This document shows positions 1-15,668 of a stretch of DNA of 64,000 bases, in pieces. The DNA is from Octopus sinensis (Eukaryota): contig NC_043013.1 in assembly GCF_006345805.1 (NCBI RefSeq), forward strand, positions 53,816,001 through 53,880,000. The letters are read 5' to 3'. The notes below the pieces were generated by a model. It saw only the letters and a program-made list of their open reading frames with translations, was not told where the DNA came from and did not search any database. The position numbers were made by a program, and so were the translations under genes. Numbering within the stretch: the first letter of the stretch is position 1; each line of letters begins with the position of its first letter.

Positions 1-624
1 TGTACTGAAATGCTACCAGTCAGGACTTACCAAGTTGCACACTGAGGAACGAAACCGTATTGCACACACTTGTGCAATAATCAGAAAACTTGTTCACATG
101 TGAAGTTATGTCAAACAGTTGTCGCGTATGGAATGAATTCAACTATCAGCGGAGTCTGTCATGAGGATCACCTCACCACCCGCCTTAAATGAAGGTAAGC
201 GATGTTCCTCTGTATAGAGTCTATGACGAAAGAGGCTGACTTTGTCAATAAGGGGATGATTGGGGAAAAGGGTTAAGGGGAATGGAACCATTCCAAGCAT
301 GCACCTGTAAAATGGAGAACAAAAAGAGCGCTTGTACCCTTGGTCCTGAATCTGTGGAGTTCCTTGATTGGCACTAATTGAAGGCCCTCTTGTATCAGGA
401 GGACGACATCGTCCTTGAGCTCACCTATTTCTTATATCATACATACATGTTATCCTATTACTTTCTCTCACCTCCCTTTCTTCCCCTATAACCCCCCCAC
501 AAAAAAATCAAATGTCTATATAATGCCATCTGATACCCCTCTGGCAAATGAAGAAGCCTCCGCCTCCTCCTCCTCATCATCATCATCATCATTACCACCA
601 TCATCGAGCTGGTAAAATCGTTAT

Positions 625-735
625 CAGGCCGGGCAAGCTGTTTAGCGGTATTTCGTACGTCTTTGAGTTGTGGGTTCAAATTCCGCCGAGATCGACTTTG
701 CTTTTCATCCTTTTCGGAGTTCGTTAAAATAAGTT
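625..735 (+). mobile_element. tRNA-derived SINE fragment, family B (Meta-domain-like body)
   Basis: B-box-like GGTTCAAATTCC followed by GCCGAGATCGACTTTGCTTTTCATCCTTTTCGGAG; matches copies at 29.2, 37.9, 47.3 and 50.2-50.5 kb. Confidence 0.7.
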
Positions 736-1413
736 AACTACCACCACCACCACCACCATCACCGCCACCACCACCACTACTACTACTACTACTAGCATTG
801 TTGTTAGTAGTAGCCATAGTGACAGCAACAGTCGTATTTTCTTTTCCTACAAGACATCAATCACGTGGTCTGTCATGGCGTTTAAACTGTAGATTCATGT
901 GAGAATCGGTGTCTTGTTCAATTTATCGGACATCGAGTCTTAGAAAACCAGGTGTCGGCCACGAGCAAAATAGACGCCTTGTGGATAGGAAACCGATAAA
1001 GTGTTCTCTGCTGGAACACATCAATGTGTGCGCGCGTGTGTGCGCGTGTGCGTGTGTGCGTTGTGTGTGTCTGTATGTGAGTGTGTGTGTTTTGTTTTTT
1101 GGGTTGTGTTCTGTCTATACGCGCATTTATGCTTCTATCTCTTAACATGCTTCATTGATGTGAACTGTATATATGACTACGCCGTGCATGTGTCTATTCT
1201 GTGCGTGTGTATGGGTATGTGTGTATGTGTGTGTACGCGTGTGTGTTTGTGTGTATACATGCGAGTGTGTGTGTGGGTGCTATTGTCTGCGTTTGTATAT
1301 TGCGTGTGTATTTGTGTGTATAAGCGTGTGGGTGCGCGTATGTGACCTGCACCATGTGAATGTCTATAATGCTTGTGTGCGATGTGTGTCGATGCCTGTG
1401 TATTGTGTCTGTG

Positions 1414-1452
<39 letters not shown>

Positions 1453-1672
1453 TGTGTGTTAGTGTGTGATTGTGTACGAGAGTATAATGCAGTCTGTATG
1501 CTGCGTGGTGTGTGTGTATGTGTATGTGTGTGTGTGTGTATGTGTGTGAGTTTCAATTAGTCTTTAGCATTGTGGAAATTTCTTCATTCTTGCTCTCTCA
1601 AATCATACTTCAAGAACGTGTCTACAGTTTCCTACATACACATACACATATATACATATACTTATACATACT

Positions 1673-1748
<76 letters not shown>

Positions 1749-1989
1749 AGAATCATTCAAACACACATACATACATATCCACATATACATATTCACGTAC
1801 ATGAGGCATGTAAACGCACTCACAGAAAGAAACACATACATAACAGTGCACATTTACACATGCATACACATACACATACAAACCTATATGTATGTATGTA
1901 TGTAAAGATGTATATATATATATATATATGTGTGTGTTTGTATATATATATATATACAAATATATATTATATATATATGTATGTATTTA

Positions 1990-2039
<50 letters not shown>

Positions 2040-2286
2040 CATTTATTTTATATATATATTCGCATATACACGCATGAAGACCAGGCAGAGAGAGGCAGAA
2101 ACAAGTACACGAATCGGTGAAGTCAAAGCTTAAAAAGCGAATGGTTTAACTTTGCTGCATGCTGCATAGAATGTAGACTTTAACTTCTTCCTTTCTCTCC
2201 TTCACACTAAAAATGCACACACACACTCACACAACACATTACCGTCGTATACGTACGTGTATGTGCATGTGTGCGTATATATATAT

Positions 2287-2339
<53 letters not shown>

Positions 2340-3310
2340 TATATGTATATATAGGATATATACAGGATAGATTCACATGGAAATACGTAGCGCAATTTTA
2401 GTTCACCTGAACGAGATATTTAAGCGCTGAGAGTGCTCAACGACTCAGCAGGTACTCGGTGCTATGAATTTATGATTATTCGAATCACATAAATGAGGAA
2501 ATAAACCTCAAATTTGCAACATACTGAAAATTTGATATATTTCTCATGCGGTACCTCCTTGGACAGCTCAAAATTTCGATAAACCGCTGCCGAACTAAAG
2601 ACGGTATTTGCGTTCTTCACATTTTGCCCGTATCCACCAAATCTGGTTTCGACATCGCAACGAATAAAAAGTCTTCAATCGAACGCGTGATCACAATCGT
2701 TCTTTTGTTTTGAGTCAGTCAGATTGTCTTTATCATCGTGGCACGTCAAATTTTGGAGATTTCGGGATTCTTGAGATTACTTCGCTTTTTTTTATTTGTA
2801 GAAAGCCCGGCTGCATCCGAGTGATTTGTCTACTTCTTTTGGAAGCGGAGATAACTTCAATATATCAAGAATTTATCTTGTATGTTATTTAATAAAACTC
2901 TATTCGCCCTTTTTGCTCAAATACATGAAACTGACTAGTCTGAATTATTTCGATTGCTTAATGTTTGTTTCATCTATAGTTATATATATGGAAAATAAAA
3001 CAAGGTAGAAAATGATAAAATAATTTTATCATGAAGAACATTTTAGTACTGGTTTCAGTCTTTGCAAAATTAAATGGAATGGGGTTTTTTGAATATTTCT
3101 ATACTTTTCAAATACAAAGGACATTTTCCTTTTTTTTTTTCGTATTTTATCACAAAATCTAAAAGCTTTTTGAATGCGTCCACCACTGCTGTGTAAACAA
3201 TCAAAACCAAGAACTCATATCACACACCCTTTTAAGACTGCTACTACCGACTACCAATCCTTCGCAAGAGTAAAAACGACAGAAAGAATAAAGGAAAATG
3301 TCCCTTGTAG

Positions 3311-3950
3311 CTGAAAAAGGGTTTAGTCCCCAACGACATTCACACTGAAATGTTTGCTACATTAGAGGATGGTCCCCCCACCCCCAGCTTTACAACATTG
3401 CAAACGTGGACAACTGAATCTAAGAGGGAAAGGGAGAGTCTTGAAGGTGACCCAATGTCTGGACGTCCTGCAACTGCCACCACAGAGGAAGACATTGATA
3501 GTGGTCTCCACATGCTGAAAGATAACCAGCGATCGACTAATAAACTAAATAACCAAAGCTATTAGCATATCCCATGAGATAGTTGAGAATAATCTGCACA
3601 ATGAACTTGGCATGGCGAAAGTTTATGCTCAGTGTGTGCCACGTCTTTGACACCATATCAAAAGTGTACCAGCTTGATCACATCACGGGAAAGCCTGACA
3701 TTGTTCCAGGCGTATCCAGCTGGTTTCCTTGGACCTTTCATGAGCCAGGATGAGTGTTGGTTTCATTACTTTGAGCCAGAGACAAAGAGACAATCCATGC
3801 AGTGGAAACCCGCCTCTTCACCTGCTCCAAAGAAGGCCAGGGTCGTCTCATCTGAGAAGAAGGTGACGACCTCAGTTTTGAGGGATACAAAAGGTATTGT
3901 GTTTATGGACTCTCTTCAAAAGGGCTACACCATCAATGGGGAGTGCTACT
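3311..3950 (+). pseudogene. mariner (IS630-Tc1-mariner) transposase relic, N-terminal half to first catalytic Asp
   Basis: Joined frames read LKKGLVPNDIH..WTTESKRERESLEGDPMSGRPATATT..(WVPRLL-like, frameshifted near 3632-3650)..QDECWFHYFEPETKRQSMQWK..SPAPKKA..KGIVFMDSLQKGYTINGECY, typical mariner motifs; stops and frameshifts present. Confidence 0.9.
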
Positions 3951-4625
3951 GCCTCGTTCAAGAATACATTGACAATGTGCCTTCAAAGACGTGTGAAATA
4001 AGAGAGAGAGATCCTTTATTTGGAACACACGTTGTTTGGTGACATGAATATCCGGTTGTAAGACAATGGTTCTCGACATATTCATCTCACTCATGTTAAC
4101 TTTATAAAAAAAAACAGCAGGAAAACGAACGAACGAACGATCGAATGAAGCATATTTTCAACAGATTTATGGTATTGCCCCACTATTCTTTCGCCAGTGG
4201 CACCACACTTGTTCCTGGAATTTTGTTCAGCGTTATCTTGTGGAAATAAAGCGTTTGTTTCAGTATTAGAACAGATTTGCTTCGTTTGTTGGAGTGGGTT
4301 TTTATTATTTTTTTTTTTTTTGCTTTTGTGGTTATTTCAGTGCTTTGTGTTGCGTGTGTTAGGTTACGTGATTTGGAGACAACTGAGTAGGAAATGAGTT
4401 CTGTGAGTCGTAAGAGTTGTAATTTCAGCTGACGATTACAGAAGGGTATGTCTGAATTCATTGGTTGGTTGTTGCATAGTGTAAGGTGTCTTATGCAGAA
4501 AAGTGTACCGTCTGAATTAGGAATTTGAACTCAGGACGTAAAGAGTCGGAATTAATATTAATAAAATAAAATAAAATAAAATAAACAACACAAATCGAGT
4601 TGAACTCGTCGCACTCAGTAAACTT

Positions 4626-4788
4626 AGAAGAAGAAGAAGAAGAAGAAGAAGAAGAAGAAGAAGAAGAAGAAGAAGAAGAAGAAGAAGAAGAAGAGAAGAA
4701 GAAGAAGAAGAAGAAGAAGAAGAAGAAGAAGAAGAAGAAGAAGAAGGAGGAGGAGGAGGAGGAGGAGGAGGAGAAGAAGAAGAAGAAG
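4626..4788. repeat. (GAA)n/(GAG)n purine trinucleotide microsatellite
   Basis: Directly visible; explains the poly-E/K ORF at 4600-4815. Confidence 0.97.
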
Positions 4789-5339
4789 GATGAAGAAAGC
4801 GTCAGAGTACATTAAATTCGGTGAAACTCAACAAAATCGTCATGTATCCATTATAGTTCCTAATGGCACATGTCATAGATTTCACTCCTACTTAGAAGAA
4901 AGTTGCGGAATTGAATTTCGGAATAAAACTGAAATCTATAAGTATACAAAATAAAAAAAAAAGAAGAAAGAAATAAAAAGAAAAGAAAGCAAACGGGAAA
5001 ATATCACGTTTAGGTCGAGTCTAACGAAGAAGATAAAATAAAACAATTTTAAAGAAATATAACAAATGCTGAAAAATAAAAGCAACAGAAACTTGTATAT
5101 GTTAGGAGAATCTGTGAAGAAGTTAAAGAAGCGGTTTAACATGTTATTAGATAGTTTGTGTAATATTTCTAATATGATATCTCGAGTAAACTAACGCACT
5201 AATAGCACGCAAAGCGGACATGCGCCTTTCCTGGCAACAACAACAACAACAACACAAATATTCTACCCGTTTTGTTTGACATTGGTTTTTGTTTTGCTAT
5301 CCGTATTCTTTCTTTTTTTTCTCTCTCTCTCTCACCCTT

Positions 5340-6708
<1,369 letters not shown>

Positions 6709-7140
6709 TGTCTCTGTCAAGGACATAACCTGTCGCTCTGTCCAAGAGAATCGAACACACGGTCAACGACAGTTAGCACAACATACCTAACCACCTCTCC
6801 ACACGAACTTGCTTGTTATGCCAGAGATTTTCAACCTCACCAATGAAAGAAGTAGAGTAATTTCAGTAGTCACATACTTGCTTTCTTTTCTGTAAACAAC
6901 TTCGGCAGATTTCAACGACACTAATGAAACGAGAGGCACGACGACAGATTAATCAAGTTTACAGCATAATCACTGCTTCCAGCAGTGAACTGTGCCTCCC
7001 CTACGGTATTTTTTACTCTCGGCTATCATCAGGTAACAATTTATGTTTACGTTCATTGAATTTAATTAATATCAGGACTTCTGCTGTCTACTAAAGCTTC
7101 TCACCAAAAGCCGCTCTGTTAGATTCACACTTCATATACA

Positions 7141-7180
<40 letters not shown>

Positions 7181-7938
7181 TATACATATACATATTACAT
7201 ATACATGTATACATACATATACATACAAATATGCATATATATATATATACGCATACATGCATACTTGCGCACGTACACACACACACATATATATATATAT
7301 GAGCATATAGCTACATGTGTGTCTGATATTTTTGTGTTTGTGTGTGTGTGCGCGCGCGCGCACCCGCGTGTATACATGTATGCATGTGTGTATGCATATA
7401 GGTATGTATGTATATATATATGTATGTATAATATGTATCACTATTACTTCTTTCCAAAATTGGACGGCGGACATATTGGGTTTCCACCTTCAAAATGTTT
7501 TGGGGATCGTTTTGAATCCAGTATTTCTTTTGTTTTTCATGTAGAATCTCTTACCTATCTTGTCGAACCCCATTTGTCACACTGCCAAGTTACTTTTTTC
7601 AGGTGGTATCAACATAAAAGCGGACATGGATTCACACCTGCGCAACAGACATACACACACACACGCACGCACACATACACACACATATGCACACACACAC
7701 ACACGTACACACACACACAAACACACACATCTTGTATACAATAGTATGACAGCAAAATCTGTAATATCTTTAGAATTTGAGCGTTAGGCATCGCAAACTC
7801 CTCCACAGAGGAAGTAAATATGTTTACATCCAACACGAAAATTCAATTATTTCCGCGCTACATGAGACCGCATGAAGTTATTTTTCTTCTTTATTTATTG
7901 TAAACATATTTCTCATGTCTATGTATGTGTGCTGACAT

Positions 7939-7975
<37 letters not shown>

Positions 7976-8620
7976 AAGGAAAATTGGCCGCCGAAAACCC
8001 ACAATTTATCTCCCTTCTTACATCAAAGCCTTTACGTCTAAGATGACTCGATCTTGATTTGAAATGACAACTTTACTCACGGAATTCGTTATTACTTTCT
8101 GACGGTCGAATCTATTCTTTTTTGTTGCTTTATCAGGAAAGTACAATAGTTGTGGCTCTTCTAAGAAGAGCCTCTGAAAAGGCAGAAGGAAGGATAGAAG
8201 ACGTTGTCAAAATAGATTCCTTAACTGCAATCAGTGAACTGAGTCGTTGTGGTTTTAAACTGGGCAAGTTCATTCATTTATGCAAGTAGTTCATAACGGG
8301 ATTTGAACCCAGCAAGCAAAGAATTGGAACAAGTACCACAAGGCATTGCTTTCAAACAATTCCGCCAATCAACTGCATGCGAATGATACTTTATTTATCA
8401 AGACGGCCCCTGTAAAGTTGGTCTCGGCGTGATTTGAACGCGAAGGTCATGAACCGGAATAAACGTTACCAAGACATTTCGACCGGCTCTGTAACAACTC
8501 GTCTAATTTCTACAGAGTCTCCATACTATTTGGGAAAATAGTCTGTTTGTATTTTTGACCCTATGTAGTGTTTCGAGAGTTGTAGCTAGCTAACATTAAC
8601 TAAATTCGATAGTAAGCGAA

Positions 8621-8704
8621 GGAATTTCAACCGTGTTTCGTGATCTGCTACCACAACAGCTCCTTTATAGGATGCAGTTAGCTCAAGACATCATCAGGAG
8701 GAAC
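8621..8704 (-). ncRNA. type I hammerhead ribozyme-like motif in a Penelope-like terminal-repeat remnant (about 8590-9060)
   Basis: Minus strand: CTGATGA (8697-8691), long imperfect stem II (tgtct..gcta..gcatcc/gga-gc..tagc..agatca), GAAAC (8639-8635), acg, GTT; stem I only partly paired. Confidence 0.55.
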
Positions 8705-11700
8705 GACGTCCGCTTTCGGCCCCTACTCCTCTACCGTTTTGACGTGGCGGGGCCCACTCTTTCGGAGGTGCCCTTAGCTCTGGTGTTGGGTGCATGTCTT
8801 CTTTCTTCTTTCTTCTGTTCCCTGGCCTCTTCGATGTAGCGTCAACGAGTGTCAGCAGACGACTGACTGTCTTGTCAAATTTTCCCCTTTAAATACTTGC
8901 TGCCAAACTCCAGCAGGCAGCCCCAGCAAGTTGTCACGTGACACTGTCTCAACTTTAGCTGACCAGTGAAGAACGTAGTCTTAGCCCACGCATTCTCTAA
9001 ATGACCGTCACCGGTCAGTCAGCGAAGCTAATTCAGTGTCAGCTTGTCTCACCCAGTGATGTTATTTTCAGTGTAGATTTGGTCCGATGATGACAGCCTA
9101 AAGGTACCATTTTCTCTCAGATGGTTTCGTTACAAAAGACATTGGTCTAGAAATCACTTACCCTATTGCTTCTTTTCTCGGTCTTATCCAATAATTTCGA
9201 TTCAAATATTCCCTTGCTGCTATTTCTTCACCACCGAGTTTCAATTATTGTAATCTTTGCTAAACATCATTCTCAATGTTAATATAGAAATCTTATCAAA
9301 TAATTCTCTCATACAGAGTTGCGCGCGCGTGTGTTGTGAGGTTCTATACCTTTCATGCTGCTCTGGAAAAAATGATGGTAGATTATTCCGGAAATTTGTT
9401 TTTAGATTTCCTCTTCTCCCACTGCGAGAAGAGAGGAAGCGAAAGACCGAGGAAGACAGAAGGAAAGAAAGAGAAATAAAGAGAGAGAGAGAGAAGAATG
9501 TACAAACCACAACCATAAGTGACTTACAACGGGCATCATGTGATGACAACCTAGATGATTGACCTACAGAGCACAGGAAAAGAAGAAAGCAGATTCGAAC
9601 TTGAAAACCCTGGGACCTATATAAACACGCTATCAACCAAGTTTCAAACCAGTTGCAGTGGAATCGTGTCAGAGCCATACCCACAGAATCATTAGGCCGG
9701 AGATTTATCCGGGTTTAATTGACACATATGTGTCCCAGGTTACAATGCTCCCCCTTCATCAGGATACAAGTTCATCGCAGGGTCAACCCCCCCCCCCAGC
9801 TGTTGTTGGGACTCATTTTCACCTGAGTTGACTAAAGCAACGCAAAAGGGAATGATTTGCTCAAGAACACAACGCACTGCTCTGTCTAAAGTTCGAAACC
9901 TCAATTTTATGGTCATGAGTCTTACAATCTAACCACTGGTCCAAAAGCTTTCTGTATTATTGATATTGATCAATATCAGTCAGTAATATATATTTATTCA
10001 GTTAATTTATTGAGCACTAAAGCATTCTTTGTTGTATCATGTCACGAGTTTGGTTATGAGCACTCACTCTTTTAACCTACTCATTCTCTAAACCATAGAC
10101 ACGTCTAGGATAATACGATTAGATGTAAGTTTACGTTTCGTTATATCCTGCATCGAAGACTACTGGAATATATTTTCATTTATTCTAGGTATATTTTAAA
10201 TTGTTTAGATATCTATGAAATCAAATGAAATTTTCTCTTGTATACCAAATCTAATTCTCCTCCATTTGACCCAAACGTTATTCAATTTAGAGAGAAATCA
10301 TTTCAAAGAGAAAGAGACAAATATACAGATATTGAATATTTACAACAACCAACAGTTGAAAATATTATTTTATGCTGGTCAGCTTCATTTTATGCCAGTC
10401 AACCTTTGACATTTTTGTTTTTTTTATTGAATTTTCTTGTTGTGCATTTATTTTACCACTAAACTAATCATAAAACGAAAATTATGAATGCCAGTAGCAG
10501 AATTTTGAGATGTGGGTGGAAAATTCAGTTGTAGCAATAAAACAAATAAAAATTCCTGCTTCCTATTTAGATACTGTATTGCAAAATTAACAAAGAACAC
10601 ATGTTTTCGCTTCTGCTACCAAAATCATTTTAAGTGGAATAAGTAAGTCAGTAGACAGAAACTTCAAGTCGTAGAACAGCAAAACAATCGATTATCTTCA
10701 CGAAAACAACTTCAATATTTTCGCTGTAACAACTTCGCAACTGTGCTGCAAATATCCAGAGACAACTAGATTCAGTCAAGTTTTGCGACGATACAGAACT
10801 ACTGTCATATACTTGTTATAATAATCATTCGGAAAGTAATAATGACTAACTTTCAGAAATTCAGCCCGCGTTCAATACTAAAGAATTTTCAAGCAGGTTA
10901 GATTGGCAGAATCGATAGAGCATCGTATAGAAAATCTTTATAGTATTTGTTACGACTCCTTACGTTCCGAGTTCATATTCACCCAGAGTAAGCTCCTGTT
11001 TTCATCCTTCCAGCAGTGACAGAGTCGATATACAGAACTGTTCCCATTCTTCTAAACTTTATGAGATATGCCGGCTTTAGAATTAAGGAAAATTGATTTG
11101 CAGAACCATCAAAGTACGAGATGAATTGCTTTGCGCAATTTGTTCCGATATTTTTATGATCTGAGTTCAAAACCCACTACGGTAAATTTTGCCTTTTATC
11201 CTTCAGAAGTTTTCCACTGGGATCGTTTTAATTGGCAAACCCATTTCTCCAAAATTCCACGATTACATACTCTCTACATGTGTAAGAAAAATGTAACAGA
11301 ATTTCCAAAATTCAAAGATAAAACTACACAGACTTGTCTACAATATGTGCTTACACAAGTTCTAATTTGTTCCAGAAAATTTTAATAAAACGATATAATC
11401 GCCTTAATATTTCAATCTGATGAAATATTGGTTTAAAAACACTAATTTATTTCACAGATTCCATAAATCCTCTCAACAGAGTTACAGAAAGATTTTAAGA
11501 TCTCGACTGAAAAACTTTCTCTAAATTTCCTATCACTGATCGGTGTCGGCTACCTTGGAAATAAATCTCCTAAAACCAATAAAACAATGTTCACATATAA
11601 AACCAAGAAGGAGAAAAAAACGTTCATAAACATGAAAGATACAGCGATACTATTACTGGATTCTGAGTCCGTTTGACTAATCATGCAACTTCTCAAACCA

Positions 11701-11855
11701 TCTTTCATCTATTCGGTCAATGCTCATAGAAAAGAACTGTCTAGATTGGTATTTATAACCATTTGTGCGCCTGTATATACGTATATGTATATATATATAT
11801 GTATATGTGTGTGTGCATATGTGTGTGTGTATGTGCGTGTATATATATATATATA

Positions 11856-11888
<33 letters not shown>

Positions 11889-12216
11889 CCGTATGTACGT
11901 ATGTATACATGTACATATGTATATATAGTTATGTACGCATATATATATATAAAAGTATCAATCTATATAAATGTATTTTTAAGTCGTATGTATGTGTGTG
12001 TATATATATATATGTGTGTGCGTATATATATATATATGTGTGTGTATATATATGTGTGTGTGTATATATATATATATGTGTGTATATATATATGTATATA
12101 TATATACATATATGCCTGTATATATATGTGTGTGTGTGTGTATTATGTAAATACGTGTGTGTGCGTATACATGTATAGATATATATATATAGAGAGAGAG
12201 ATAGATAGATAGATCC

Positions 12217-12285
<69 letters not shown>

Positions 12286-12418
12286 GAGATAGATAGATAG
12301 ATAGATAGATACACATACATACACACACGCGGGCGCTCACACATACATTTATCAATCACTTCAAGCGGATTAGTCATACCACAACTGTACCCTACTTTTA
12401 ACACCATTCTACCGTTTT

Positions 12419-12454
<36 letters not shown>

Positions 12455-13119
12455 CCGCTGACATTTATTAAAAAAAAAAAGACTTGCAGTAATAATTAGT
12501 CGTTCTTGTGACACTATGTTCTCGAGTGATACTTAATCCGTTTGAGACGAATACTGATTACATTAATGGACAAAGAGCGATCGTTTTTCTTTCGTTCTCG
12601 ACAAGCCAACACTGGAAAGGAAAGAATTATAAATTGGTCGCAGACATTTACATTTAAAGTGTCATCAATAAATGTAAAGACACCAACTTTCGCAGGATCG
12701 AGTCTCAATGTAAACTATGGAACTTAATCCACTATTTTAGTACTCTGACCTTGTACAATAGCGGGTGAGGGTGCGTCCACGCATGTATATGTGTGTACTT
12801 GTGTAAGTATATGTATGTATGTGTGTGTGACGTTTCGAGGTCGATCACATAAAGTACCAATCAAGTACAGAAGATGATGTAGTCAGGTGGCCCAGTGTCT
12901 CTCAACCATTTTTTTCACCTTTATTCATTTTTTTTTTTCATTTTACTTGCAAACACAAACAAAGACGAGTGATTACAATACCCGGCTTTCGCTTACGCGC
13001 GCAGGGTAGATATATATCATTAGGAATTGTATCAAAATATTGTTAAAATATTTTGTATTTTGTAGATGTATAAATAATTTATTGCTGATAAATTTTAACA
13101 GCAAAATCTTATATGGACG

Positions 13120-13262
13120 CCGAAGGGGCATGTGGCCCTCGGTTGTGGGTGCTTTGGTCGGCCCGAAGCTATAATAGAAGATACTTGCCCACGGTGCCAC
13201 TCAGCGGAGATGAACCCGGAACCATGTGGTTGAGAAACAAACCTCTTACCACCCAACCGAAA
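13120..13262 (-). mobile_element. tRNA-derived SINE family A, 5' part
   Basis: Reverse complement of the family A head (GTAAGAGG..CAACCACATGGTTCCGGGTTCA..GGGCAAGT.TCTTCTA..GGGCCGACCAAAGC). Confidence 0.75.
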
Positions 13263-13293
13263 CACTATCTTATCAGGACACACACACACACAT

Positions 13294-13331
<38 letters not shown>

Positions 13332-14607
13332 GTATATCTATTTACATACGTAAATAGATATACCTGCATATCCTCTCATAATTATTGGCCTTATGCCTAA
13401 ATTAGAAACAACTGGGCTACGACCGAAGCTTTCTGAATCTGTAACTGATGAAGCGTAAACAACACAGAAACAAGGGTCCGATAACGTCATCACAACCCAG
13501 AACTGAGTGACCATTTCTTTTTCTCTATTCATTGTCTAGAAAAATAATTTTTCTTCCAAAACCGTCATTGCAGCGATAGTCATTCCACCTCAAAATATAC
13601 TCAAGCGCGTTAACTGTACACGGCTTTCTTTCAATCACCACCTCTTTGTAGGACTTCACTTCATTATTTGTGTGTCTCCGAGCAGCTTAACAAACAGAGT
13701 TGGTTCGCTTATCTCACCGTAAATTAGCGGTTCGGCAACAAATGATCGATGGAATAGGTACTAGACTGAAAATAACCACCGGAGTACATCTGCTCGGTGA
13801 TTCACTTCTAGCACAGCATGGCTGTGATCCAATCCCTGAAACAAGTGAAAGAATAAAGTGTGTGTGTGTGTGTGAATGTATGTGTGTGTACGTATATTAT
13901 ATGAACGAACGCCAGGCATCCTCTTCGAAGTAAGTTTTATCTTAATAATTTTGATGCGCACTCTATACGATCTTTTTACTCTTTCGTTTTTCTCTCTTTC
14001 TCTTATTTGTTTACCTCGGCTTCTCCCATTGTTCTATCAAATTACTCTGTCACTCTCTCTCCTTCACTCCTCCTCCCTTGCGCACGTGGCTCCCACGTGA
14101 CCAACGGCCATCTTTATTTCTTCTCCTAACTTGTGTTTCTTTCTTTCTCTCCGTTGTAGCTGGAGCACGAAGACGTGTTCTTGTCTGTCTCCTGTCCAAG
14201 CTTGATTTACGCGTTCGCCACCACAATCTCATTTAAGCTTAGCAGTCCTTCCTGTTTGTTTTCACTGCCCTGTTTGTGTTACCAATTTTGACCCTCCGCA
14301 AAATCCCAAATTTTATTCAATTTGCTTTGCGGGAGCAACTGTTTTATCGAAAGCGTATATTGTTGTTAATTGCTCGAAATACGCGAGTAGAAAAACAGCC
14401 ACCATCTGATGAAGGGTCGTTCTTTATGTTGTTTGTTTTGTTTTCGATTTGTGTCTTTCGTTGTTCAAAAAAGTAGTTCATATTCCATGTACTCGTACTT
14501 CGTATTTTTTGCTGTACACGTTTCATGATGTCCTGTGCCCACATATGCATATATATATATATATACATATAGATGTAAGTATCTACATATACGTATGTGT
14601 GTATATA

Positions 14608-14652
<45 letters not shown>

Positions 14653-14706
14653 TATATATACATATATATATATGTGTGTGTGTGTGTCTGTGTATATATA
14701 TGTATG

Positions 14707-14800
<94 letters not shown>

Positions 14801-14853
14801 TATGATGTATAAGTGTGAAGCTTATAAACGTACAGCAAGCTTTACATATATAT

Positions 14854-15197
14854 ATTAATAATTAAGGGTACTAACAAGCAGTACCGACTTGCTAAATATG
14901 TCAGTTAAAATGATTACACCACAAATTTTCACTTGTAAGCGGGCAAATGAATAAAAATACTAAAACCTCGAACCAATGACGAAAATAATCGAAAATAGAA
15001 AAAGCCTCGCTGAAGATGAACTAAGAGTTCATACATATATGTCGGGCTTTTTCAATTTTCGATTATTTTCGTCATTGGTACGGGGTCGTAGAATTATTAT
15101 TCATTTGCCCGCTTACAAGTGAAAATTTGTGGTTTAATCGTTTTAACTGCTATATTTAGCATGTCGGTACTGCTTGTTAGTACCCTTAATTATTAAT
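14854..15197 (+). mobile_element. about 340-bp fold-back element with about 150-bp inverted arms and a hammerhead relic at the apex
   Basis: Arms ATTAATAATTAAGGGTACTAACAAGCAGTACCGAC... and ...GTCGGTACTGCTTGTTAGTACCCTTAATTATTAAT; centre CTGAAGA(15010-16) TGAAC-taaga-GTTC atAC-atatat-GTC. Confidence 0.85.
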
Positions 15198-15668
15198 TGA
15201 TAATCTTTTACCGTTATGCGTCTTTTACGCATGCTAAGCCACTGTATTTTATAAGCAATAACATCCTCATACTCACACACACACACACATACATATACAT
15301 ATACATATATACATACATGTGTGGGGAGAGAGAGAGGGAGTGTGTGTGTAATGTGAGATACAGACATGCAACCATGATTATTGACATTATATATCCAAAC
15401 ATATTGTGCATGTATGCATGCAAACACTTAGCGATACAAGCGCACGCACTCACACACACTCACATACAAGTACACATACACCTATACACACACTCACACA
15501 CACAAAGTCTAATGAAAGACGCAGGTGATATAGATGAACCTTCAAATTAATTAGCAGTAGATCTGGGTTTAATGTGATAGTTTCTTTAATTAATTTTACT
15601 GTATGACTTTCGTTACTAGCGTGAAATGACCCCGTTCAAAAAATAGGAAGATGCGAAAGAAACGATTT

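Noticed and set aside
7021-7040. 5'-UTR exon donor (TCATCAG|GTAACA) or minus-strand hammerhead core
   Set aside because: An isolated motif with no supporting exon features and no downstream GAAA or stems.
13444-13480. CTGATGA..GAAAC..GTC hammerhead-like string (similar strings at 21936 plus and about 39130-39215 minus)
   Set aside because: No convincing stem I or proximal stem II; such core matches are expected by chance in 64 kb.
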